Source: an uncultured Clostridia bacterium (GTDB lineage Bacteria > Bacillota > Clostridia > TANB77 > CAG-508). From it: a DNA stretch of 40,000 nucleotides. The translations under genes were made by a program, and so were the position numbers. Position 1 is the stretch's first letter. Every line of letters begins with the position of its first letter. Below, piece by piece: positions 1 through 7,872 of the stretch. Location: the NCBI GenBank assembly GCA_944391825.1, contig CALXUZ010000001.1, positions 9,296 to 49,295 on the forward strand. Reading direction: 5' to 3'. Under the pieces are notes generated by a model that searched no databases, was not told where the DNA came from, and was given only the letters and a program-made list of their open reading frames with translations.

Positions 1-372
1 TGTATCTAGCAATCTTATTACATTTTTTATTGTATAATAAAGATATTCTTCATCAATAGGCGCTTTTATATAATGCTCTACACATGCCTGCAAAATCTCT
101 ATACGGTGTGCTTTTTCTTTATTTGATGATATAACAATAATTGGTGTAATGCTATTATCTTCGTTTTCACGAATTTGGTTACATAGCTTTTTAATATCTT
201 CTTGTATACCATCTTCATTAATTATAATTAGTGCTGGAATATTTTTTAAAACCGTTTCTATTTCTTTTGTTTTTGCCTTTTTAAATTTATAGTCTTTTTC
301 CTTTTTAAATAATTCGGTTAATCTAGATTTTAAATCTGTTCCATCATCAATTAAATAAATCTCTTGTGCCAT
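1..372 (-). CDS. CheY-like receiver-domain protein (N-terminal part; gene runs off the window start)
   Basis: My own translation from ATG at 372 (AAGGAG just upstream) gives MAQEIYLIDDGTDLKSRL...PALIIINEDG...PIIVISS...HYIKAP. The beta1 DD pair, beta4 Ser and beta5 Lys-Pro of the receiver fold are present. The frame is open to the window edge, and the ORF is missing from the supplied track because it is truncated. Confidence 0.6.
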   Translation of the reverse strand, partial: MAQEIYLIDDGTDLKSRLTELFKKEKDYKFKKAKTKEIETVLKNIPALIIINEDGIQEDIKKLCNQIRENEDNSITPIIVISSNKEKAHRIEILQACVEHYIKAPIDEEYLYYTIKNVIRLLDT

Positions 373-393
373 ATTTTATCTCCTTCTTTTGAT

Positions 394-1329
394 TTATGGA
401 GTATATTGAAGTTCTGTAGATGCTTTTTTAGTATATCCACTAACATTTGTTACTTCTACTAAAATAGTATTATTTCCTTCTTGTAATGCTACTGGTCCTA
501 GCTGTATATTCTTTTCTCCATTTAATTTATTTACATATTGCTTACCATTTAAATTCAATTTAATTTCTGCTAATCCATCTTCGTCAGAAGCTTCTATAAT
601 AATTTGACTAGCATTTTGAATTAATTGCATTGTTGGCTCTGAAGTAGTAGCTACAATTTCTTTTTCTATTTTTTCAATATTTCCATTTATGTCTTCTGCA
701 ATTATATTAATTTTTCTTGTACCTGGTGTTAAATCTAGTTCTTCTGTTATTTTAAATTGTCCCTCTTCTGTAGGTTCAATAATTACAGGCTCTTCATTTT
801 CCCATTGGTATGATAAGTATGCAATTTCTGTGTCATCTGTAGCAGTTATAGTCATTTTTTTGTTTCCATCTTCAACTTCAACATCTATAACTGGTTTTGT
901 AATGTCCATACCTTCTATATTATATTGTTTTTGGTAATTAACTCTTTTTCCGTTCATATCTTCAACTGTAATATTTAATACGCTATTTTGATTTGGAAGT
1001 AATATTGTTTCTTGTGCGGTTAGTCCACCTTCTGGCAATACTGTTTCTTCTCCATTATTCCAAGAATATGTTATTGTAGAGATTTCCACAGTATGTTCAA
1101 CATAAATAACTGCCGTATCATTTAATCTACCAATTGTAAGTATTGGCATGGTTGTTGGGTCATTTTCTTCTGCTTCTTTATAGATAGCATAAGATCCTTC
1201 TCCTATTAGTGTTAATCCAAATATTAATATTACAAATGCAAAAAAACGAACAATTCCTTTAATTTCAATTGGTCCACTGCTCTTTTTTTCTTTCTTTTTT
1301 TTATTCTCTGTCATAAGAATTTGGTTCAT
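394..1329 (-). CDS. Membrane-anchored protein with three Ig-like beta-sandwich repeats (function unknown)
   Basis: 311-aa ORF with AGGAG RBS, a basic N-terminus and one TM segment (FFAFVILIFGLTLIG). Three ~80-aa repeats follow, of the type ITATDDTEIAYLSYQW / IIEASDEDGLAEIKLNLNG. The gene ends 21 nt before the receiver gene, so the two are probably co-transcribed. Confidence 0.7.
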   Translation of the reverse strand: MNQILMTENKKKKEKKSSGPIEIKGIVRFFAFVILIFGLTLIGEGSYAIYKEAEENDPTTMPILTIGRLNDTAVIYVEHTVEISTITYSWNNGEETVLPEGGLTAQETILLPNQNSVLNITVEDMNGKRVNYQKQYNIEGMDITKPVIDVEVEDGNKKMTITATDDTEIAYLSYQWENEEPVIIEPTEEGQFKITEELDLTPGTRKINIIAEDINGNIEKIEKEIVATTSEPTMQLIQNASQIIIEASDEDGLAEIKLNLNGKQYVNKLNGEKNIQLGPVALQEGNNTILVEVTNVSGYTKKASTELQYTP

Positions 1330-1402
1330 TTGTTTTTCTCCTAATTATTAAATACAATAAAATTATACCACACGCTTTTTTTAAAGTAAATAAAAAATAA
1401 GC

Positions 1403-1438
1403 AAAAAAAATTGGAAAAAGGCTTAATCCTTTTTCCAA
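1403..1438 (-). terminator. Rho-independent terminator after the 1276-aa adhesin gene
   Basis: 11-bp stem TTGGAAAAAGG / CCTTTTTCCAA (1411-1421 / 1428-1438), followed on the minus strand by a run of eight T. Confidence 0.6.
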
Positions 1439-1445
1439 TTTTTAA

Positions 1446-4400
1446 CTATATTACGAATTTTTTAATTAATATTATTCCTGCTGCTAAAATTGACATACAA
1501 GATAATGTTAAAATAATATAGCTTGGTGCTTTACCTGTTGCTGGAGTTAATAGAACTGGAGCTTCATCTATATCGTCCTCATCTTTTTCGTTATTTCCTG
1601 GTGTTGAATCAATATCTGGTGAATCATATTCATTTTCGTCTTGACTAATTTCTGCCCAATTTACTTTTTCTCCCATGTTGTCTTTTCCATTAATCCATTT
1701 AAGTACTATTTCTACTGTTGCACTTTCTCCTGGTTGTAGTAAAGTATCTGCTAATTGTGTAGTTATTACTCTACCATCTTCTGTAACTTCCCACTCTGGG
1801 TTATCTTCTGGTACAAATTCTAGTCCTTCTGGAATATAGTCTATTAATTCTTTTGCATATCCTGCAATTTCCCCTTCGTTAGTTACTCTAATGCTAAATC
1901 TAAATTTAACTGTTGTTTTATTAATATTTGCAGTTTGAATTTCTACCTTCATTGGAGCTTCTGGGTCATCTTCTGCCTCATGACCCGATTTTGTAACTGT
2001 TGTTTTTCCATCAACTGTTACTATAGATTCTGTTACCCATTTTCTTAAACTTAAGTCAAAGTATAATACTTTAATTTTTTCTATGTCAATGTCATCTTCT
2101 CCATCCACATCATTATCGGGAGTAGAATCCACATCATCTATTGGGTTGCCATCTTCATCAGTATCATCTGTAATTTCTGCTGTATTAATTATAATCCTAT
2201 CAGAAGTATTTGGTTCAGTTACTTTAAATGCAATTTTTAAATCTTTGTAATCCGGCATTGTCATAGTTTCTGGGTCAAATGCCTCTATTAAGTTGGCATT
2301 TTCTTCTGTTTCGTTCTCTTTTGATAAGAAGTCTGTTTTGATATATTCAGCTTCTGTTACATCATCTGTTTCAGTTCCATCTGTAGTATACATTTTCCAG
2401 TTGAATGCAGTATTTATTGCATGCTCTGGCAAAAACTCTAATCCATCTGGTAAATCATCTTTAACTTCAGATGCATAACCTGCAACATTTCCTTCATTAA
2501 ATATTCTTAATGTGTAGATAACAACATTTCCGTTTGCTACTTGTACTGGTTCTTTAGTATGTTCATAAGTATATTCATTTTCTCCAATCTGTGTAAATAC
2601 TGGTGCACGGTTTGTTATATCTGTTGTAGTTTCACCATTTTCCACACCTGTTATGAATTTTCTTAATGCTAAGTCAAATCTACGTAATACTAATTTTTCA
2701 AAATCATCATCATCTTGTTGTCCTGGTATGTATTCCATGCCACTTTCAATTTCAGAGTCTTTATATTCTGGTAATGTAGCATCACTTGGAAGTGTTACAT
2801 TATCTTCTTGTGAATCCCTATCTTCAATTTCTGCTCCTTCACTATCTGTAAAATCTGAAATTTCTGCAATATTGGTTATTTTTTCATATAAGTCAATGTT
2901 TTCTTTTACTCTGCATCTAATTTGAACATCAATGTAATCTAATTGTGTTTCTTCATTTCCATCATATGCTTTTAATAAAACTTTATCTGTTTCGCTTCCA
3001 GTATTTCTATCAGCATAAATTGTATCCCTATTGGCTGAAAGTTCTGTATCTGGTGAAGTAATATCTGTTGTTACAGTTCTTCCATCAGCCGAAACTGTCC
3101 AACCATATCTAGCATTTATTTCATCATCAACTATAAACTCTAATTGTGATGGTAGATGGTCTGTAATTTCTGTTACATATCCATCTAATTTTCCTTCGTT
3201 ATATACTCTTATTGTATATGTTACAATATCACCATTTGATACTCCTATAGGTTCTTTTGGATGATTATATATAGCTGTTGTAGAGCTTCCATCTCTTAGT
3301 GGAGTAGTATCAACAACTGGCTCTCTACTAGGAATATTGGCTTGTGTGCCATTTGCACTTGTTACACCACTAATAAATTTTCTTAATGATAGGTCAAAAT
3401 ATTTTCCTATTAAAATTAAATCTTCATAATCATCATCATCTTGCTCACCCATACCTTTTGTTGGGGCTTGTGGATTATATCTATCTGGGTCTGTTTCAAC
3501 ATTACCTGGCTCTGAATCACGGTCAATTGTGTTTCCATTAATATCTTTATGTTCTGTAATTTCTGCAATGTTTTTTAAGATTTTATCTTCTTCTCCTACT
3601 TTTGCAGTTACTTTACATTCAATTTGTAAATCTATGTAATCTAATTCTAATGTTTCTTTATTAAATGCTAAAAGTTTATTTTCGTCACTTGCTAAGTAGT
3701 CTGTTGAAATTGTTTTTCCGTCGCCAGATGGATTTTCCCATCCATATTTAGTGTTTATTTCACTATCTTCCACAAATTCTAATCCTTCTGGTAAATAGTC
3801 GGTTATCTCTGTTGCCCAGCCATCAATGTCTCCTTCGTTATATATACGAATTGTATAAACAATTGTGTCTCCTGTTTCTATTAATAATGGAGTTTTTGTA
3901 TGTGTTTTTTCAGCAGTTAGTGTTCCACCATTTGCCAAATTTTGAAGTGCTTCCTGTGTTATTACTGGCTCTCTGCTATTCTCACCTGTTAATTGTTCTC
4001 CTTTTATAGAATAAATAAATTTCCTTAATGCTAAATCAAATTTTGCATCTACTTTTTCATTTTCGTATTTAATACTATCTTCAAAAGGTTTATTTATTTT
4101 TTCAATTTGCACTACTGGTTGGTCTGTTCCTGTTGGATTGTCTACTGACCAATAAATTACTTCAGTTGTGAAAAAGTTTCCACTAATTTTAAATGTAATT
4201 AAATCTGTATTTATATTTGAAGGAATAGAAATATAAAAATTCTCTCCAATTAGGTCTTTTATTGTTGTTCCTTCTTCTACTGGTTCTTTGTTAGCATTTA
4301 AATACTCAATATCTGTAATCTCATTATTATCTCCATCTGTAAAAATAGCTTCTAATGAATAACTAACTTTCTTTAATTCCTCTATTTTATATGGTCCAAC

Positions 4401-5276
4401 AATAATTCTATTTCCATCTGTTTCTGTTTTTATATCTGTATCTACTATTTCTACCGGATTAGTACTACTACTTTCATTTCTATAGTCATAGCTAAAATCT
4501 TCTGCTAATGGTGTTTGAGTTAAATATGCATATAAAGCATCCATAGCATGAATTCTTGCCGCATCTTCATCATCGTTTATATCAAGATTTTGGTAATTTC
4601 CATCTGTATTTAATACAGCATTTATTTTAATGGTTGGGTTTCCTTCTATGTGGTATTCATCATCATTAGTAAAATACCAAATTGCTAATTGTTGAATTGC
4701 ATCAATATCATCATCTGATAAATTATCTGTCAACTTATCATTTATTAAGCTTGTATTTTCATAAACACCAGGATATTTTTCCGCATATTTTTCAACTTCA
4801 CTTAGAAGTGCTTGCTTACTTTCCTCTGCTATCGATTTATCTTCATCTGAAGCATTTGTTTTAGGTTGTACATAGCATTGGTCTAAAACCCACATTAATC
4901 TTTCATAGTTTTTACTTTCTATATCCGGTAAGGCTGCTAAATATTTTTCTGTGATTTCTTCTGGTTTTTTCATGTCAAAATACTCTGTGTAATCTGTTGG
5001 AACAATGTCAAGTCCCATTTCAGTTGAGCCAAATCCAGGTCCACCTTTAATACAGTAAAATGTTTCGTTAAGATTATTATTTGTATTATATATTTTCCAA
5101 ATGTATTTTTCTCCGTTATTTACTACCTTGTAACCTTGCCCAGAGTTTCTTAATGGCTTTATACTAAGTGTTATTGGAGTAGTGGCTGTCGTAGCATGAA
5201 CTTCCACAAAACAGCTAACTATGGTAAATAATACAAATGTTAGTACAAATAATAAAATTCCCTTTTTAAGTTTCAT
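1446..5276 (-). CDS. Giant cell-wall-anchored adhesin: signal peptide, TQXA thioester-like domain, four DUF11-like repeat modules, TPATG sorting signal
   Basis: 1276-aa ORF with an RBS and a signal peptide (MKLKKGILLFVLTFVLFTIV). It contains YCIK (Cys75) and QQLAIW (Gln196). There are four modules starting FDL[AS]LRK[FW] that contain GDxVxYTIRxYNEGxxxGY..D.LPxGLEF and D[IR]DSxPxN..DDDD. The C-terminus is TPATG, then a hydrophobic helix, then KKFVI. Confidence 0.85.
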   Translation of the reverse strand: MKLKKGILLFVLTFVLFTIVSCFVEVHATTATTPITLSIKPLRNSGQGYKVVNNGEKYIWKIYNTNNNLNETFYCIKGGPGFGSTEMGLDIVPTDYTEYFDMKKPEEITEKYLAALPDIESKNYERLMWVLDQCYVQPKTNASDEDKSIAEESKQALLSEVEKYAEKYPGVYENTSLINDKLTDNLSDDDIDAIQQLAIWYFTNDDEYHIEGNPTIKINAVLNTDGNYQNLDINDDEDAARIHAMDALYAYLTQTPLAEDFSYDYRNESSSTNPVEIVDTDIKTETDGNRIIVGPYKIEELKKVSYSLEAIFTDGDNNEITDIEYLNANKEPVEEGTTIKDLIGENFYISIPSNINTDLITFKISGNFFTTEVIYWSVDNPTGTDQPVVQIEKINKPFEDSIKYENEKVDAKFDLALRKFIYSIKGEQLTGENSREPVITQEALQNLANGGTLTAEKTHTKTPLLIETGDTIVYTIRIYNEGDIDGWATEITDYLPEGLEFVEDSEINTKYGWENPSGDGKTISTDYLASDENKLLAFNKETLELDYIDLQIECKVTAKVGEEDKILKNIAEITEHKDINGNTIDRDSEPGNVETDPDRYNPQAPTKGMGEQDDDDYEDLILIGKYFDLSLRKFISGVTSANGTQANIPSREPVVDTTPLRDGSSTTAIYNHPKEPIGVSNGDIVTYTIRVYNEGKLDGYVTEITDHLPSQLEFIVDDEINARYGWTVSADGRTVTTDITSPDTELSANRDTIYADRNTGSETDKVLLKAYDGNEETQLDYIDVQIRCRVKENIDLYEKITNIAEISDFTDSEGAEIEDRDSQEDNVTLPSDATLPEYKDSEIESGMEYIPGQQDDDDFEKLVLRRFDLALRKFITGVENGETTTDITNRAPVFTQIGENEYTYEHTKEPVQVANGNVVIYTLRIFNEGNVAGYASEVKDDLPDGLEFLPEHAINTAFNWKMYTTDGTETDDVTEAEYIKTDFLSKENETEENANLIEAFDPETMTMPDYKDLKIAFKVTEPNTSDRIIINTAEITDDTDEDGNPIDDVDSTPDNDVDGEDDIDIEKIKVLYFDLSLRKWVTESIVTVDGKTTVTKSGHEAEDDPEAPMKVEIQTANINKTTVKFRFSIRVTNEGEIAGYAKELIDYIPEGLEFVPEDNPEWEVTEDGRVITTQLADTLLQPGESATVEIVLKWINGKDNMGEKVNWAEISQDENEYDSPDIDSTPGNNEKDEDDIDEAPVLLTPATGKAPSYIILTLSCMSILAAGIILIKKFVI

Positions 5277-5316
5277 AGTAATATCCTTCCTTTTTTACCT
5301 ATTAATATTATTATAT

Positions 5317-5345
5317 ATTTTACTTTCGTTCTTTTCACTTGTCAA
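5317..5345 (-). promoter_or_regulatory. Candidate sigma-A promoter of the 1276-aa adhesin gene
   Basis: On the minus strand, TTGACA (5345-5340), a 17-nt spacer, then TAAAAT (5322-5317), about 40 nt upstream of the ATG. Confidence 0.45.
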
Positions 5346-5575
5346 TAGCAGTATTTTCCTGTTTTTCTTATGTTTAAATTTATCAAATTTAGGGTATTAC
5401 GGAAGTTTGGTTTTCAAGTTTTTGTTTTCCAAAATACCCATATATTACAATTATATTACATTTTTGTCACATTTTCAAGATTTTATAGGTATAAAAGTAA
5501 GTTTTCTCTTGTATCCCTAGGATTTTAAGTGTGTACTTTACATAAATTTGTCATATTTAATTATATAAAACAATG

Positions 5576-5730
5576 GTCTATTTATATTATAACGTTGGTC
5601 CTTGCTGTCGCCTTCCATCCCCATGTCAAAAATATTTATAATATTTTGACTTAAGTTAAGTAGTTGGAAGGCTCTAGAACTACGCTAATGTTCCGCCTGC
5701 GCGTATTGCACTTATATAATATAAATAGAC
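5576..5730 (+). repeat. Intergenic repeat element, copy 1 (unclassified; strand label arbitrary)
   Basis: The core is roughly 85-90 percent identical by eye to 18391-18542 and to the reverse complement of 13412-13571. It has a perfect 16-bp terminal inverted repeat, GTCTATTTATATTATA / TATAATATAAATAGAC. Inside, GCCTTCCA..TGGAAGGC encloses an AT hairpin, GTCAAAAATAT..ATATTTTGAC. Confidence 0.8.
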
Positions 5731-5763
5731 AATTTTAATAATATTTCATTATGAAATTGGGAT

Positions 5764-5802
5764 TTAAAAATAATGTGCACCTTGATAAAAGTGCACATTA
5801 TT
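5764..5802 (-). terminator. Rho-independent terminator after the histidine kinase gene
   Basis: 12-bp stem AATAATGTGCAC / GTGCACATTATT (5769-5780 / 5791-5802), followed on the minus strand by TTTTT. It starts 4 nt after the kinase stop codon. Confidence 0.65.
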
Positions 5803-5805
5803 TTA

Positions 5806-7872
5806 TTAGTTTTCGACTGATTTATCTTCCAATAAGTAAAATCCCAATGTTACCTTAAATAGATCCCCATCTAAGTATATATGGAATTTTCCGCCTTGAA
5901 GTTCAGTTAAGCTTGAAGCAATTGAAAGTCCAAGTCCGCTTCCTTCAGTGTTTCTAGCGCCATCACCTCTAACAAACCTTTGCATTAATTCATCTGCAGA
6001 AATATTTAATTCTTCCTTAGAAATATTTTTCATTTGAATTACTACACTGTTTTTGTTTGGTATAACATCAACATATACTCTGGTATTTTCTAAAGCATAT
6101 TTTGAAGCATTGGAATATAGATTTTCTAAAACTCTATATATATACCTTCCATCTGCTTTAATATAAATTGGTTCTTCTGGTAATGTCATTACTTCCTCCA
6201 GGTTTCGTGCTTTAAATTTATCTTCAAACTCGCCAGAAACTTGTTTCACTAATTCTTTAACCTCAATTTTTTCCATTTTTAGTTTTATATTTCCAGAAGA
6301 TGCCTTGGAAGCTTCTACTAAATCTTCTGTTAGCTTTTTTAGTCTTTGAGATTTATTATCAAGTATCATTAAATATTCTGTTGTCTTTTCATTTGGCATT
6401 TTTTCCTTTTTTAATAAATCCACATAATTAATAATAGAAGTAAGTGGTGTTTTAATATCATGTGATACATTTGTTATCAATTCTGTTTTTAATCTTTCAC
6501 TTTTTAAGCTTTCATTTACAGCATTTGAAAGTCCTCCTGCTATATCTTCAATATAAATTCCAAGTTGTTTTAGCACTCCTGTTAGTTCATTTTCATTAAG
6601 CTTTATATTTGTATTTCCTTCATAAATGGCTTTTATTGCATTTTGAATAGTGTTAAACTGTTTTATTTTTCTAAATAAATAGCAAAATGTTGCTATGCCT
6701 AATGACACAAGTGCTACAAACCAGAAAAGTGAACCACCTGCCGAATATGAACCTACTATACCAAATGTAGCTATAAAGCCAACTGCACAAAATCCCCAAT
6801 ATGCAAGTGTCAATTTTGTAGCAATTTTTCTATTATCTATTAAAGTTTTAATTCCATGCCCTATCATATATAAAAGTGTAGTTTTCCATAGGGTATGTGT
6901 TTTCATCCTTTTTACTACAGTTTCTAATAGCAAAATCGCTCCTAAATAACTTATAATTGTTCCTATTGTAACACCACTAAATATAACTGCTCTAAGTTCT
7001 GATTTCAATGATGCAAAGAATATCATGCCAAAACCAATAATGCAAAATCCTATAAAAAAGGCAATTTCTAGTGGTATCTTGTCAAATCCATTTAAGTGAA
7101 TTCCTGGACCTTTTCCTTTTTTACCAATACCATTTAATATGATTAATCCCAATGCTAATAGTGCTGCAATACATATTGGTATTAAAATTGGTGCCAATGT
7201 ATTTGCTCTCATTGATAAATCATAAGCAAATTTAGACATTGCATAATCATCTCTGTATGGCAAATCTTCTACTAAAGATGTGTATATTTCTTTAATATTT
7301 GAACTACTTATTTCTTCATATTGGCTGGTATATCTTATTTCTTCCATACTTAAATATGAAATATTAGTATCTATATTTCCGTTTTGTAAGTTCCAATATG
7401 TTGGATTTTCTGCTATAATTCCTTTAATTTCATCTATTGTATCTGTTCTCATTGTATGTTCCAAGTTAGTAACAGCAATCCTATTTTCATGATCTATCAT
7501 TAGATATTTAAAATTGGAATTATTATCTGTTTTGTACCAAATAAGCCCAGTGCCACCATTAATTTGTACATTTTCCTGTATGTCATATCCATATGAACGC
7601 ATATCTATCATATCACTTTGAGAATTGCTTTGCTCTTCGTTACCTTCCTCTTTTAAAAATATTGGAATATATGTGTTTGCATATATTGACGATAGATAGT
7701 TATTTGAAAATATCTTGGTATCATAATAATTGCTTGTATTTTCCAGCTCTATTTCTGTATCCATTATTATTAGTCCTGCTATGCATGCAATTAGAATAAG
7801 TCCAAATATTGGTGCAATAAAATAGCATATATTTTTGCTTACTCTTGCTAAACTAATTTTACTTTCTTTCAT
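5806..7872 (-). CDS. Sensor histidine kinase (HisKA + HATPase_c) with a large extracytoplasmic segment and a multi-TM block
   Basis: The H-box is VSHDIKTPLTSI, the N-box NLYSNASKYA and the G-box region EGSGLGLSIA. The N-terminal TM is followed by a ~190-aa external segment and about six TM helices. The start overlaps the response regulator stop (ATGA). Confidence 0.9.
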   Translation of the reverse strand: MKESKISLARVSKNICYFIAPIFGLILIACIAGLIIMDTEIELENTSNYYDTKIFSNNYLSSIYANTYIPIFLKEEGNEEQSNSQSDMIDMRSYGYDIQENVQINGGTGLIWYKTDNNSNFKYLMIDHENRIAVTNLEHTMRTDTIDEIKGIIAENPTYWNLQNGNIDTNISYLSMEEIRYTSQYEEISSSNIKEIYTSLVEDLPYRDDYAMSKFAYDLSMRANTLAPILIPICIAALLALGLIILNGIGKKGKGPGIHLNGFDKIPLEIAFFIGFCIIGFGMIFFASLKSELRAVIFSGVTIGTIISYLGAILLLETVVKRMKTHTLWKTTLLYMIGHGIKTLIDNRKIATKLTLAYWGFCAVGFIATFGIVGSYSAGGSLFWFVALVSLGIATFCYLFRKIKQFNTIQNAIKAIYEGNTNIKLNENELTGVLKQLGIYIEDIAGGLSNAVNESLKSERLKTELITNVSHDIKTPLTSIINYVDLLKKEKMPNEKTTEYLMILDNKSQRLKKLTEDLVEASKASSGNIKLKMEKIEVKELVKQVSGEFEDKFKARNLEEVMTLPEEPIYIKADGRYIYRVLENLYSNASKYALENTRVYVDVIPNKNSVVIQMKNISKEELNISADELMQRFVRGDGARNTEGSGLGLSIASSLTELQGGKFHIYLDGDLFKVTLGFYLLEDKSVEN

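Noticed and set aside
1283-1302. T7 and T8 homopolymer runs (poly-A on the coding strand, encoding KKKK) in the 5' end of the 311-aa Ig-repeat gene, as possible slipped-strand phase-variation tracts
   Set aside because: Runs of this length are common throughout this very AT-rich sequence and simply encode lysines. Nothing suggests length variation.
5466-5477. TTGTCACATTTT occurs both upstream of the 1276-aa adhesin gene (5466-5477) and in the divergent region upstream of the giant operon (31866-31877)
   Set aside because: There are only two occurrences of a 12-mer with AT-rich, -35-like composition, at different distances from the promoters. This is insufficient to propose a shared operator.
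5221-5520. 99-aa plus-strand ORF across the adhesin start and promoter region
   Set aside because: The sequence is low-complexity Phe/Leu/Ile and overlaps the adhesin signal-peptide codons in antisense. There is no RBS.
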